Assembly: GCA_023460935.1 (NCBI GenBank)
Contig: JAEWOI010000026.1
Span: 6,803 to 70,802, forward strand
Reading direction: 5' to 3'
Source: Actinomycetes bacterium
Lineage (GTDB): Bacteria > Actinomycetota > Actinomycetes > Propionibacteriales > Propionibacteriaceae
DNA length: 64,000 nucleotides
Part shown: positions 46,210-55,637 of the stretch, piece after piece
Numbering within the stretch: position 1 is the first letter of the stretch
Layout of the letters: the number at the start of each line of letters is the position of its first letter
The notes under the pieces: model-generated
The model's input: the letters and a program-made list of their open reading frames with translations, nothing else
The model's database searches: none
What the model was told of the DNA's origin: nothing
Translations under genes and position numbers: made by a program

Positions 46210-47235
46210 GTGCGGATCGGCCTGATAGCACCGCCTTGGCTGCCGGTGCCACCGCCGGCCTACGGCGGCACGGAGATGGTGGTGGACCTGCTGGCCCGGG
46301 GCCTGAGCGCCGCCGGCCACGAGGTGCTCCTCGCCGCAGCGGCCGACAGCGAGTGCCCGGTGCCGCTGGTGGCGGGTACCGCGCCGTCCGATCCGGACGG
46401 CACCAACGAGGCCACCTCGCTCGCCGCCCACGTCGTCACCGCCTACGCTGCGCTGGGCGAGGTCGACCTGATCCATGACCACACTCCGCTCGGTCCGCTC
46501 TACGCCGGGCGTCCGACCGGGGTGCCGGTTGTCGTCACCAACCACAACCAGTTCACCCCGGAGGCCCGGACGGTGTTCGGCGCTGCGGCCGCCAACACTG
46601 CCGTGGTCGCGATCTCCCACGACCACGCCAGGCGGGCAGCCGGCGTGCCGATCACCCGGGTGATCCACCACGGCCTGGACGCAGCCAGGGTGCCCGTCGG
46701 GCGTGGCGGGGGAGGCTACGCGGTGTTCCTCGGGCGGATCGACCCCACCAAGGGTGTGGCCGAGGCGTTGCGGATAGCCCGGGCCGCCGGGGTCCCGCTG
46801 CGAATCGCGGCGAAGCTGCGGGACCAGGGCGAGCGGGACTACTTCGACGCCGAGGTCCGGCCGCTGCTGACCAGCGAGCACGAGTACCTGGGTGAGGTCG
46901 TGGACGAGGCGAAGTACGAACTCCTCGGCGGCGCACTGGCGCTGCTGAACCCGCTGCAGTGGGCCGAGCCGTTCGGGCTGGTGATGATCGAAGCCCTGGC
47001 CGCGGGTACGCCCGTGGTGGGAACCCCTTGGGGTTCGGCGCCGGAGATCGTCCGGCACGGCGTGACCGGCTTCCTCGCCGAGCCCGGAGAACTGGTCGAC
47101 CTGCTGCCGGCCGCAGCGACACTGGACCGCCGCGAGTGCCGCGCCGACGCGGAGAGCCGCTTCAGCGCCGACCGCATGGTGGCCGACCACCTCGAGCTCT
47201 ACCAGGAAATGGTCGCGGGGCGGGCCCGAGCCTGA
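46210..47235 (+). CDS. Glycosyltransferase family 4 protein
   Basis: IAPPWLPVPPPAYGGTE, LGRIDPTKG, EPFGLVMIEALAAGTPV. Confidence 0.93.
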   Translation: MRIGLIAPPWLPVPPPAYGGTEMVVDLLARGLSAAGHEVLLAAAADSECPVPLVAGTAPSDPDGTNEATSLAAHVVTAYAALGEVDLIHDHTPLGPLYAGRPTGVPVVVTNHNQFTPEARTVFGAAAANTAVVAISHDHARRAAGVPITRVIHHGLDAARVPVGRGGGGYAVFLGRIDPTKGVAEALRIARAAGVPLRIAAKLRDQGERDYFDAEVRPLLTSEHEYLGEVVDEAKYELLGGALALLNPLQWAEPFGLVMIEALAAGTPVVGTPWGSAPEIVRHGVTGFLAEPGELVDLLPAAATLDRRECRADAESRFSADRMVADHLELYQEMVAGRARA

Positions 47236-47299
47236 CCGAGCCGTGGCTGGGGACCGAGGGAACGGGTCGCTGCGCAGCCTCCGGCCTTAGCATGAGGTC

Positions 47300-47554
47300 A
47301 TGGACGAACCGAGCGACCGTGTCGTCGAACTGACGGGCCAGGCCTCAGCCCTGCGCCTGCGCGCCATCGAAGCGAACGAGCGGTTGGTGGCCGAGTTCCA
47401 GGAGATCTGGCGCGAACTCAACCAACTGGCGGCCCACCGGCCGGAGGCGCGGAAGGTCTGCGACCACATCGCGGCCGACATCGCCCGGCTGGAGAAACTC
47501 GACCTGGCCTTCGACACCGAACGGCTGGACGAGGCCAAGCGGTCGCGCCAGTAG
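47300..47554 (+). CDS. Small hypothetical helical protein
   Basis: Charged amphipathic 84-aa ORF; leaderless TAGCAT-6nt-ATG. Confidence 0.6.
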   Translation: MDEPSDRVVELTGQASALRLRAIEANERLVAEFQEIWRELNQLAAHRPEARKVCDHIAADIARLEKLDLAFDTERLDEAKRSRQ

Positions 47555-47555
47555 T

Positions 47556-48473
47556 TCAGCGGCCGGGCGTCGGCAGGCGGTCCCGTGCCTTCCTGACCCG
47601 GCGGGCGGAGCGGCCTTCCGCTTCGGCGGCTGCGGCCAGGTCGGCTTCGGCCGCCAGCAGTTCGTCCCTGGCCTCGGCAAGCTCCGCGGCGAGCGCTTCC
47701 ACCCGCAGCCCCGCAGCGTCCACCCGCGCCGCAGCCTCCTGACGCCGGGCGGTGGCACCGGCGAGCTCGGCGTTCGCTGCGTCCAGCTCGCGCCGGGCGC
47801 GCTGCACCTCGGCACGGTCGGGCGCCGCTGCGGCGGACCGACCCCTGGCCGGCTTCTTCGGCTCTTGCGGCTTCGACTCCTGAGCCCTGGCCGGCCTGTC
47901 CCGTTTGGCCCGTTCGTCCGGCTTGGCCGAGGCCTCATCCGGTTCTGCGGGGGCCGTCGCGGGCCCGGCTGGCGGGGCGGGGAAGGCCAGCTCGCCGAAG
48001 CCGCTGTAGGTGCGTGGGCCGTCCAGCCGTCCCTTCACGGTCTCCGCTGACACGACCGGATCGGCCAGCACGCTGGCGAGCGTCGCTCGCACCTCGTCCA
48101 GCCCGCCGGGGGTGGCGGCGACGCCGAGGCGGGCCAGGTGGGCGCTGAGGTCACGCACGACCCTGCCGACCAGCGGGTTCCGTTGCGCAGCGAGTTCCCG
48201 CAGGGCGGCGAAGTCGCCGGTCGCCTGGGCCTGCCGGAGCTGCTCGCCCAGTTCCACGAGCTCACGCAACGACAACAGCCCCGAACGGGCGGCGGTGTTG
48301 AGGTACCAGGCGCCGACCGTCGGCCTGCGCAACGCCTTGATGGCGTTGGCGAGTTGGCGGTCACCAGCGGTCCGGGTCTGCTTGGCCAGTTCGTCGCGCC
48401 GGGCCACGAACTCCCCCGGTGGCGCGGCGTACAACTCGTCGGTCAGTGCTTCCAGCCCCGGCTCGCCGCTCAC
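47556..48473 (-). CDS. Hypothetical protein with C-terminal coiled coil
   Basis: DELYAAPPGEFVARRDELAK..LRRPTVGAW N-terminus; Ala/Glu/Arg-rich coiled coil. Confidence 0.75.
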   Translation of the reverse strand: MSGEPGLEALTDELYAAPPGEFVARRDELAKQTRTAGDRQLANAIKALRRPTVGAWYLNTAARSGLLSLRELVELGEQLRQAQATGDFAALRELAAQRNPLVGRVVRDLSAHLARLGVAATPGGLDEVRATLASVLADPVVSAETVKGRLDGPRTYSGFGELAFPAPPAGPATAPAEPDEASAKPDERAKRDRPARAQESKPQEPKKPARGRSAAAAPDRAEVQRARRELDAANAELAGATARRQEAAARVDAAGLRVEALAAELAEARDELLAAEADLAAAAEAEGRSARRVRKARDRLPTPGR

Positions 48474-48580
48474 CCGACCATGATGCCCGCGCCCGGTACA
48501 CCCGCGCATCGGCCGGGTTCCGGGCTTGCCCCTGGCCGCGGGATGCCCGAGGGTGGAGGCAGACCGAAGAAGGAGTCCGG

Positions 48581-49471
48581 ATGCAGCGGATAGTGCCCAG
48601 CCTCTGGTTCGACCACGTGGCGGCGGAGGCAGCGGAGTTCTACACCACGGTGTTCTCCTACTCTCGGGTGACCCACACCCAGCACTACCCGCTCGATGGG
48701 CTGCCGGACTGGCAGGCCGAGTACGCGGGGCAGGTGCTCACCGTCGAGTTCGAGATCGGCGCCTACCGGCTCGTTGCGATCAACGCCGGCGCCGAGTTCC
48801 GGATCAACCCGTCGGTCTCGTTCCTGCTGAACTTCGATCCCGCGGTGAACGCTGCCGCGCGGGAGCACCTGAACGAGCTGTGGGGGCGGCTTTCCGAGGG
48901 CGGACGGGAACTGATGCCGCTGGCCGAGTACCCCTTCAGCCGGCACTACGGCTGGCTGGTCGACCGCTACGGCGTGAGCTGGCAGCTGGCGCTGAGCGAC
49001 CCGGGCGCCGAGCCCCGGCCCTTCGTCGTCCCCAGCCTGCTGTTCGGGGACGTGGCCCAGAACCGCGCCGGTGAGGCGATCGACTTCTACACCTCGCTGT
49101 TCGAGGGCCGCACGGGCACGCTCGCGCCCTACCCGGAGGCGACCGGGCCGGCCCGGGCCGGCAGCCTGCAGTTCGGCGAGTTCGAGGTGCTGGGCCAGTG
49201 GTTCGCAGCGATGGACTCCGGGGTGGAGCAGGACTTCACCTTCAACCCGGGGGTGTCGCTGATCCTGGAGTGTGCCGACCAGGCGGAGCTCGACCGGTAC
49301 TGGGAGCAGCTCAGCGCCGTTCGCGAGGCCGAACAGTGCGGCTGGTGCGTCGACCGGTTCGGGCTGAGCTGGCAGGTGGTGCCGGCCCACCTGGCAGAAC
49401 TGCTGGCCGCGCCGGGTGCTTACGCCAGGCTGCTGGAGATGAAGAAGATCGACATCGCAGCGCTGGGCTGA
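48581..49471 (+). CDS. VOC family protein (PhnB-like, tandem domains)
   Basis: IVPSLWFD..AEFY, YGWLVDRYGVSWQ, CGWCVDRFGLSWQVVP, MKKIDIAAL. Confidence 0.9.
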   Translation: MQRIVPSLWFDHVAAEAAEFYTTVFSYSRVTHTQHYPLDGLPDWQAEYAGQVLTVEFEIGAYRLVAINAGAEFRINPSVSFLLNFDPAVNAAAREHLNELWGRLSEGGRELMPLAEYPFSRHYGWLVDRYGVSWQLALSDPGAEPRPFVVPSLLFGDVAQNRAGEAIDFYTSLFEGRTGTLAPYPEATGPARAGSLQFGEFEVLGQWFAAMDSGVEQDFTFNPGVSLILECADQAELDRYWEQLSAVREAEQCGWCVDRFGLSWQVVPAHLAELLAAPGAYARLLEMKKIDIAALG

Positions 49472-49489
49472 ACCCGCCGAAGGTGCGGT

Positions 49490-50086
49490 TCACCGCGCCG
49501 TGCGGGCCTGCCACTCCTCGGCGAGGATCGCGTACTGCAACGAGTCGAGCCACTCCCCGGAGCGGTGCAGGGAATCGCGGACCGCGTGCTGCTCCAGGCG
49601 CATGCCCAGCCGCTCCATCAGCCGCTGGGAAGCGGTATTGGCCAGGAAGCAGATCGCGATCACCCGGCGGACCCCCAGGTTGGCGAAGCACTCCTCGATC
49701 AGGGCTGCGGCGGCCTCGGTGGCGAAGCCGTGGCCGCTGTGGGCGGGGTCCAGCACCCAGCCGAGCTCCGCCTGCCTGCTGCGCAACCGGTCCGGCGCTT
49801 CGGTCTGGGCCCAGGCGTCCTCGATGCGCAGCATGAAGTCGCCGATGATTCGGCCGTCGAACTCGACGATCACCGAGTCGGCGAGCCGGCGCGGATCGGT
49901 GAAGACCAGTCGGTAGTCGTCGAGGTCGGAGTGCAGCGAGGTGATCCACTCCCCGACCTCGGGGAGCCGGCGGTAGGACCAGGTCGCGTCCGCGTCCTGT
50001 GGCGTGGCCGGCCGCAGGGTCAGCCGCTCGGTGCGCAACCGGCGGGGCAGGCTCGGCTGGGGTGCTTCTTGGCTGGCGCTCGACAC
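49490..50086 (-). CDS. GNAT acetyltransferase, RimJ/RimL-like
   Basis: LRTERLTLRP, ELGWVLDP..GHGFATEA, NTASQRLMERLGM. Confidence 0.9.
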   Translation of the reverse strand: MSSASQEAPQPSLPRRLRTERLTLRPATPQDADATWSYRRLPEVGEWITSLHSDLDDYRLVFTDPRRLADSVIVEFDGRIIGDFMLRIEDAWAQTEAPDRLRSRQAELGWVLDPAHSGHGFATEAAAALIEECFANLGVRRVIAICFLANTASQRLMERLGMRLEQHAVRDSLHRSGEWLDSLQYAILAEEWQARTAR

Positions 50087-50114
50087 GCGACCAGTGTGGC
50101 GCACACCGCGGCGA

Positions 50115-50633
50115 TCAGCCCGGCGGCGCGGGCTGTTCGCCGCCGCCACGGTCGCGGAGGTCCGCTGCGCCCACTTCCCGCCAGCGCAAGGCCTTGTACC
50201 GGGCGCACAGCCGCTCCACTTCGGGTGCCAGTTCCGCGCGCAGGGTCATCAGGCTGGTGATGTACCCGGACGGGTCGTCCTCGGTCTGGTTCAGATAGCG
50301 CAGGCAGGCGACGTGCATGCGGTCGAGCTCGTCGAACGCGTCGGAGTGGGACGAGAGCTCGTCGGAAGTGAGGGCGATCCGGTTTCGGGTGGCGAGGATA
50401 GACTTCGTCGAGCGCCGCTCGTTCTCCTGGGCTGCCTCGTCGAAGACGCCCTGCACCTGGCCCGCGCGGAGCGCGCGGCTGCGGTAGAGGCGGTCGATCA
50501 GTGCCTGGAGCAGGCGCAGGTCGTTCTGCACCTCGCTGTGCCGGATGACGAGGAACGAGGTGAACAGGGCCAGGCCCGCGCCGATGAACGTTCCGATCAC
50601 ATTGGACGCGACGCTCTCCCAGAACGCGTTCAT
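50115..50633 (-). CDS. Hypothetical protein with N-terminal membrane anchor
   Basis: NVIGTFIGAGLALFTSFLVI TM followed by a helical soluble region; leaderless TAGCCT-6nt-ATG. Confidence 0.65.
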   Translation of the reverse strand: MNAFWESVASNVIGTFIGAGLALFTSFLVIRHSEVQNDLRLLQALIDRLYRSRALRAGQVQGVFDEAAQENERRSTKSILATRNRIALTSDELSSHSDAFDELDRMHVACLRYLNQTEDDPSGYITSLMTLRAELAPEVERLCARYKALRWREVGAADLRDRGGGEQPAPPG

Positions 50634-50677
50634 GTGCTGAGGCTATTGGCGACGAAGCCGCGGCGACAGCCGGCGGC

Positions 50678-50784
50678 CCTTCGAGACGCTCGCTTCGCTC
50701 GCTCCTCAGGGGGGCGGTGGGGTGGGGGGTCGCTCGCTCCTGAGGGGGCGGTGGGTGGGGGGCTCGCTCCTGAGGGGGCGGTGG
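50678..50784. repeat. REP-like family D, G-rich cluster
   Basis: CTTCGAGACGCTCGCTTCGCTCGCTCCTCAG; GCTCGCTCCT(C/G)AGGGGG..CGGTGG units at 50697, 50732 and 50762. Confidence 0.8.
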
Positions 50785-50797
50785 CAACGCGTCGGGG

Positions 50798-53542
50798 TCA
50801 GGAGGCCAGGACGGCCTCGGGTTCGGCGGTGTCCCGGGGGTCCGGACGGGTGGCGAGGGCGACGGCCTCCTGCACGGTCAACTCCCGGCCGGCGGCCTCA
50901 GCGGCCTCGAAGCCCGCGGGGTCGAGCTGGCGCACCGTGTCGAGGTAGCGCTCGTGGAAGATGAAGGCGGCGACCTCGTAGAACCCGAGCCGCTGGCGCA
51001 GCGCCGCGGCGGCTCCGGCCAGCAGACCGGCCAGCCGCACCTCCCTGCGGGCGGCGGCGATGGCTGACAGCCCTTCCAACCCATCCGCCACGCCGCCCTC
51101 CAGGCCGAGGCTTGCCGAGAGCTGCACGCTCGACTCGAAGGTTTGTTCCGCCTCGTCCAGGTCACCGGCGAACAACTGCTCGCGCCCGATGTGGTGGTCG
51201 GTGATCAGGGTGGCGAGGGTGTCCGAGTGTTCCCTCGCCACCTGCCCGGCGCGCAGGTAGCACTCGGCGGCGCGGTCCTCGGCGAGGGTGAGCGACTCCA
51301 GCCGGCCAAGCCCCACCAGCGCCAGCGCCGAGCCCCAGGAGTCCCCGATGCCCTCGAACAGCTCGACGGCGTGGGTGAACCCGGCGCGGCAGGCCGCTAC
51401 GTCCGCTCCGGGCAGTGAGATCCGCGTGAACGCGGAGCAGGCTGTGGCCAGCGCCTCGCCGCCGACGTTGCCGGCGTTGGCGAACCGGCGCCCGCACTCG
51501 TCGAAGACGGTTGCGAGCTCCTTCGACGGGGCACGCCACATGTCGACCCAGCCGATAAAGAAGTCGGCCACGGCGAGCGTGTGCTCGCTGGCCGCACCAC
51601 GCTGCTGGGCGAGGAGTTCCTCCATCCACACCCGCACCTGCCCGAAGTAGGCGCCGAACCACCAGAACACCAGCAGCGACCACGCCAGGTCAGCTGCCTG
51701 GTCCGGCCGGCCGAGGCCGATGCTGTACTGCACGGCCAGACGCAGGTTCGCCAGTTCGAGCTGGAGGCGGCCAGCCGTCTCGACCTGCCCGGGGCTGCGC
51801 ATCATCGGCCCCGACTGGGCGGCTAGCCCGGTGAAGTGCGTGGCGTGCGCCGCCCGCATCCGGTCGAGTTCGCCGCGCTGCGCGAGCAGGTCCTCGGCGT
51901 ACTGGCGCACGGTACCCGGCATCTCGTACGCGCCGGACTGGCCCTGCTGGCGCAGCAGCGAGTTGTCGATCAACGCCGCCAGTCCCTCCAGCTCGCGTCC
52001 GGCCCAGGGGCGGTCCACCCCCACCGCCTCCACCGCGTCGTAGCTGAAGCCCGGCGCGAACACCGAGAGGTCTGCCAGCAGGTCACGGTGCTCGGGCGCC
52101 AGCAGGTGGCAGCTCCACTCGATCGTGGCCTGCAACGTCCGCTGCCGCGCGGGAGCGTCCCGCGCAGCCGAGGCCAGCAGCGCGAGCGGGCGGTCCAACC
52201 GCGCGAGGATCGCCTGTGGCGTCAGCGCCCGCACCCGTGCCGCGGCCAGTTCGATGGCCAGCGGCGACCCCTCCAGCTGGCGGCAGATGCCGACCACCGC
52301 GGCGACGTTCTCCTCGTCCAGTTCGAACCCGCCCTGCACGGCGCGGGCGCGCTCGACGAACAGCTGGACGGCCTCGCTCTGCACGGCCTGGGCCAGCAGG
52401 CGGCGGCGCTGGCGGATGTCGATCGGGGTCACCGACGGCTGCGCCCCCCTTCCGGACGGCCGGCCCGGGTGTCGTCCCGGCGGCTCGGCCAGAGCTTCCT
52501 GCGGCGGGAGGCTCGCGAGCGGGCCGAGGGAGAGGCCGCCGAGTTCGTAGACGACCTCGCCGCGGATCCGCAGGACGGCCCGGCTCGTCACCAGGAACTG
52601 CGCGTCCGGCGCGTCGGCGTACAGCCGGACCAGCTCGGGAGCTGCCTCCACCAGCTGCTCGAAGTTGTCCAGCACGATCAGCACCTGGCGCTGGGCCAGC
52701 GCCAGCGGCAACCGGTCCTCGATCGAGGCCTCGCCGCTTTCGCCGATCCCGAGCGCCTGGGCGATCGCCGGCAGCAGCAGCTTCGGGTCGACGATGTTCT
52801 CCAGGTGGACGAACGCGACGCCGTCGGCGAACCGCGAACCGATCCGCAGCGCCACCTCGATCGCCAGCCGGCTCTTGCCGATGCCACCGGTGCCGACCAC
52901 CGTGACCACCCGGGCCCGCCTGGCGTCCAGCAACCCGATCACTTCCTCGATCTCGGTGGTGCGGCCGACGATCGGGGTGTACGGGGGCGGCACCTGCTCG
53001 TACACCGGGCTGGCCTCCGGAGCCAGCGCCGCGGGCGTCGACGGCAGTTCGGCTCCAGCCTGGAACCGCTCGGCGAGCAGCGTCGCCAGGTCACGCACCA
53101 GGTGGTCGCGCAGTTCCTCCTCGGTCTCGAAGGTCACGTAGCTGGCGGTGTCGTCGCGCTGGATCTGCCGGATCAGCTCGGCGAGCCGCTCCTCCCGCGC
53201 GGTGCTGGCCTTGAGGTAGATCAGCTTCGGCATGCGCGGGTCGGCCAGGCGGTACTCGTCCTCCAGCCCCGAGATCGTCTCCCCCGGAGCTATCCAGCCG
53301 TACCGCTCCCAGTAGATCCCGACGAACACGTCGCTCTGCTCGAGGTACGACCGGTAGAGCTTGCGCGGTGGGTGCGGCCGGGCGCCGAGCTCGAACATCA
53401 CCGGTGCCAGGTGGAGTTGCTCGATCGCCACCCTGGCGGCGCGACGTTCAGCCGCCAGCTCGCCGAGGGTGGAGGAGACGAAGACCCGCAGCAGCTGGTC
53501 GGGCGTGCGGATTGCTGGTCCGCCGGGGGCCGGCTGAGCCAT
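50798..53542 (-). CDS. DUF4062 + STAND (NB-ARC-like) ATPase + TPR-like repeat protein
   Basis: LRVFVSSTLGELAAER..SDVFVGIYWERYG..LEDEY (DUF4062); VGR, GTGGIGKSRL, IVLDNFE, VTSR, GSPLAIELAA; helical repeats. Start at 53542 from CAGAAT-7nt-ATG (alternative 53551). Confidence 0.88.
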   Translation of the reverse strand: MAQPAPGGPAIRTPDQLLRVFVSSTLGELAAERRAARVAIEQLHLAPVMFELGARPHPPRKLYRSYLEQSDVFVGIYWERYGWIAPGETISGLEDEYRLADPRMPKLIYLKASTAREERLAELIRQIQRDDTASYVTFETEEELRDHLVRDLATLLAERFQAGAELPSTPAALAPEASPVYEQVPPPYTPIVGRTTEIEEVIGLLDARRARVVTVVGTGGIGKSRLAIEVALRIGSRFADGVAFVHLENIVDPKLLLPAIAQALGIGESGEASIEDRLPLALAQRQVLIVLDNFEQLVEAAPELVRLYADAPDAQFLVTSRAVLRIRGEVVYELGGLSLGPLASLPPQEALAEPPGRHPGRPSGRGAQPSVTPIDIRQRRRLLAQAVQSEAVQLFVERARAVQGGFELDEENVAAVVGICRQLEGSPLAIELAAARVRALTPQAILARLDRPLALLASAARDAPARQRTLQATIEWSCHLLAPEHRDLLADLSVFAPGFSYDAVEAVGVDRPWAGRELEGLAALIDNSLLRQQGQSGAYEMPGTVRQYAEDLLAQRGELDRMRAAHATHFTGLAAQSGPMMRSPGQVETAGRLQLELANLRLAVQYSIGLGRPDQAADLAWSLLVFWWFGAYFGQVRVWMEELLAQQRGAASEHTLAVADFFIGWVDMWRAPSKELATVFDECGRRFANAGNVGGEALATACSAFTRISLPGADVAACRAGFTHAVELFEGIGDSWGSALALVGLGRLESLTLAEDRAAECYLRAGQVAREHSDTLATLITDHHIGREQLFAGDLDEAEQTFESSVQLSASLGLEGGVADGLEGLSAIAAARREVRLAGLLAGAAAALRQRLGFYEVAAFIFHERYLDTVRQLDPAGFEAAEAAGRELTVQEAVALATRPDPRDTAEPEAVLAS

Positions 53543-53789
53543 GGCAGCCATTCTGGAACGCGTCCGCAGCGCCGTCGAGGTGCTTGCGACTCAGCACTAT
53601 GGCCACCGCTGCGCGCCGGCGAACGGGGTTGCGCACTCGAGGTGGTGCGGCTGCTGGAAGGGGCCTGGGGCATGGCGATCGGTAGTTGTTGGGTATCGGT
53701 CCTAGCCAGCGGGCCTGCTACCTTTCGGAGCCACAGGCTGGGCGTCACGCCGGGCGCCCCGCTGGATAGCGCAGCGGTTGGGGGGAACC

Positions 53790-54569
53790 ATGCTGTCGAT
53801 CCGGCTGCTCGTGCCGCTGGTGCTCCTGCTGGGGTGCGAAGCCCAGCCCCCCGGCGCGTCGCCTGCCCCGGTCGTGGCCGCGCCGGCGGAGCAGGCATCG
53901 GACCTGCCGGGGCCATCGGAGCTGCCACCGCCGGCGTCCGCCACCGCCACCGGCGGCGCGCAGGCCGCCCCGGCGGGGACGGTGTACGACCCCTCCGCTG
54001 AAGCAGCGGAGAGGTACCGGGCCTGGCTGGACTACGAGCTCGACGCCGAGACCGACCGGCTGCGCGACTTCGAGAGCGACGCCTACCCCACCGGCGTGGT
54101 GGTGTGTTCCCAGTTCGCCCTGCGCGCCCGGGCGAGCGAGATCGAGGCCGGGCTGAAGGTGAAGCAGTGGTCCGGATCGGGTGCGGCCGGCATCGTGAAG
54201 TCGGCGCTGGAAGCGCTCTGCCCGCAGTTCAACAGCGGCTACCGGACCCACTTCGACCGCAACGTCGACTCCGCGTCCGTTGTGCTCGCATCGGCGATGT
54301 CCTGGCCGCAGGGGCCGCCGCTGTTCTACGAACTCGGCTACTTCATGAAGGCTGCCTGCGGCTACCTGCGGGTCACCGGCAGCGTGGACGGGTTCGAGGC
54401 GTACCTGCAGTCCTTCCGTCCGGGTGGGTCCAACCAGGCGGGGAGGGCCGCGGCGTTCCTCCGGCGGGTACCGGACAACCTGCTGCTGCGTCGGGCTGCC
54501 AACCACACGGTGCTGGCAGGGTGTCCGGGCTCGCACCGGTTGCTCGGCCCCTACTGGACGACGGCCTAG
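53790..54569 (+). CDS. Hypothetical lipoprotein
   Basis: Lipobox LLLGC, Pro/Ala linker, two Cys pairs in duplicated helical modules (VVC..ALCP; AAC..AGCP). Confidence 0.65.
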   Translation: MLSIRLLVPLVLLLGCEAQPPGASPAPVVAAPAEQASDLPGPSELPPPASATATGGAQAAPAGTVYDPSAEAAERYRAWLDYELDAETDRLRDFESDAYPTGVVVCSQFALRARASEIEAGLKVKQWSGSGAAGIVKSALEALCPQFNSGYRTHFDRNVDSASVVLASAMSWPQGPPLFYELGYFMKAACGYLRVTGSVDGFEAYLQSFRPGGSNQAGRAAAFLRRVPDNLLLRRAANHTVLAGCPGSHRLLGPYWTTA

Positions 54570-54599
54570 GGCCATTCCAGCCGAACCGGAGGTGAACCG

Positions 54600-55517
54600 A
54601 TGACCACTGCTTCCCCCCAGCCCGGCCGGCCGGACCCCGCGGGCCCGGCCGCGGGCGCGGGCGCCGAGCGCCGTCCCGGCCCCAGGCGGCGGCTGTGGCT
54701 CACCCCAGGCGGGATCTCGGCCATGGCCGCCGTGGCCGCGCTCGTGATCGGGGTGATCGGGCTCTTCCTCCAGGCGCGCTCTGGCGGGACCGCTCCGGTC
54801 GCGACCGCAACTCCGGGCCCCGGCGAGGCGCCGGCACTGTTCGTCTACGGCTCATCGATGCCGGGGATGTCGCGTTACGGCGAGATCAGCGAGTACGTCA
54901 CCGGCTCGGCCCGCGACCGCGTCGGCGGCCTGCTGTACGACTCGGGGCTGGGCTACCCGATGGCGAAGTTCGGCACCGGGGGAGAGGTGCGCGGGTTCGT
55001 GCTCTGGCTCGACCCGGCGACGGCCGACGCAGCCCTGGCCGAGATGACCAGGCTGGAGTCCGGCCTGTTCCACCCGGTCAGCGTCCGCACCGCCGGCGGC
55101 GTCACTGCGCAGGCCTATGAGTGGATCGGGCCCACGGACGGCTACCCGCGCATCGACGCCTGGGACGGCAGCACGGCGCACTTCGGTCAGGAGGTGCCGT
55201 GGCCGGAACTGGTGGTCGGTGACTGCTTCCAGCCGACCACGGAGGAGGCGACGGTGATGACGATGCTGTGTGCCGCGCCGCACGCCTACGAGGTCTACCA
55301 CGCCGGCGCCCTGCCGCCCGAGGCGGGTGACGCTGACGCGGCTGCGGAGTGCGAGGCCGCCTTCGCCGGCTTCGTCGGGCTGTCCCGGGAGGAGTCCGAA
55401 CTTGTCACCCGGGTCTACAGCTCCCCGTCCGGAGGCCCGGGAGAGCCGCTGGTGCTGTGCGGGATCGGGATGCCCGGGGAACTGGTCTCCGGAACCCTGG
55501 CCCAGGCCCGTCGCTGA
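54600..55517 (+). CDS. Membrane-anchored gamma-glutamylcyclotransferase (AIG2-like) domain fused to a septum-formation-like Cys domain
   Basis: TM; LFVYGSSMPG, GLLYDSGLGYP, TRLE, AQAYEW; LVVGDCF..CAAPHAYEVY..CEAAF..LC. Confidence 0.75.
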   Translation: MTTASPQPGRPDPAGPAAGAGAERRPGPRRRLWLTPGGISAMAAVAALVIGVIGLFLQARSGGTAPVATATPGPGEAPALFVYGSSMPGMSRYGEISEYVTGSARDRVGGLLYDSGLGYPMAKFGTGGEVRGFVLWLDPATADAALAEMTRLESGLFHPVSVRTAGGVTAQAYEWIGPTDGYPRIDAWDGSTAHFGQEVPWPELVVGDCFQPTTEEATVMTMLCAAPHAYEVYHAGALPPEAGDADAAAECEAAFAGFVGLSREESELVTRVYSSPSGGPGEPLVLCGIGMPGELVSGTLAQARR

Positions 55518-55637
55518 CCAGGTTCCCGCACCGGGCCCGGCGGAAATGCGCGCTCGACCCCGCCCAGATCACAGATCGGGACGCGATGGCCGTCGAGTGC
55601 GCAGATCCGCTCGCCCCGGCCGCGCGCAGTCCGACCC

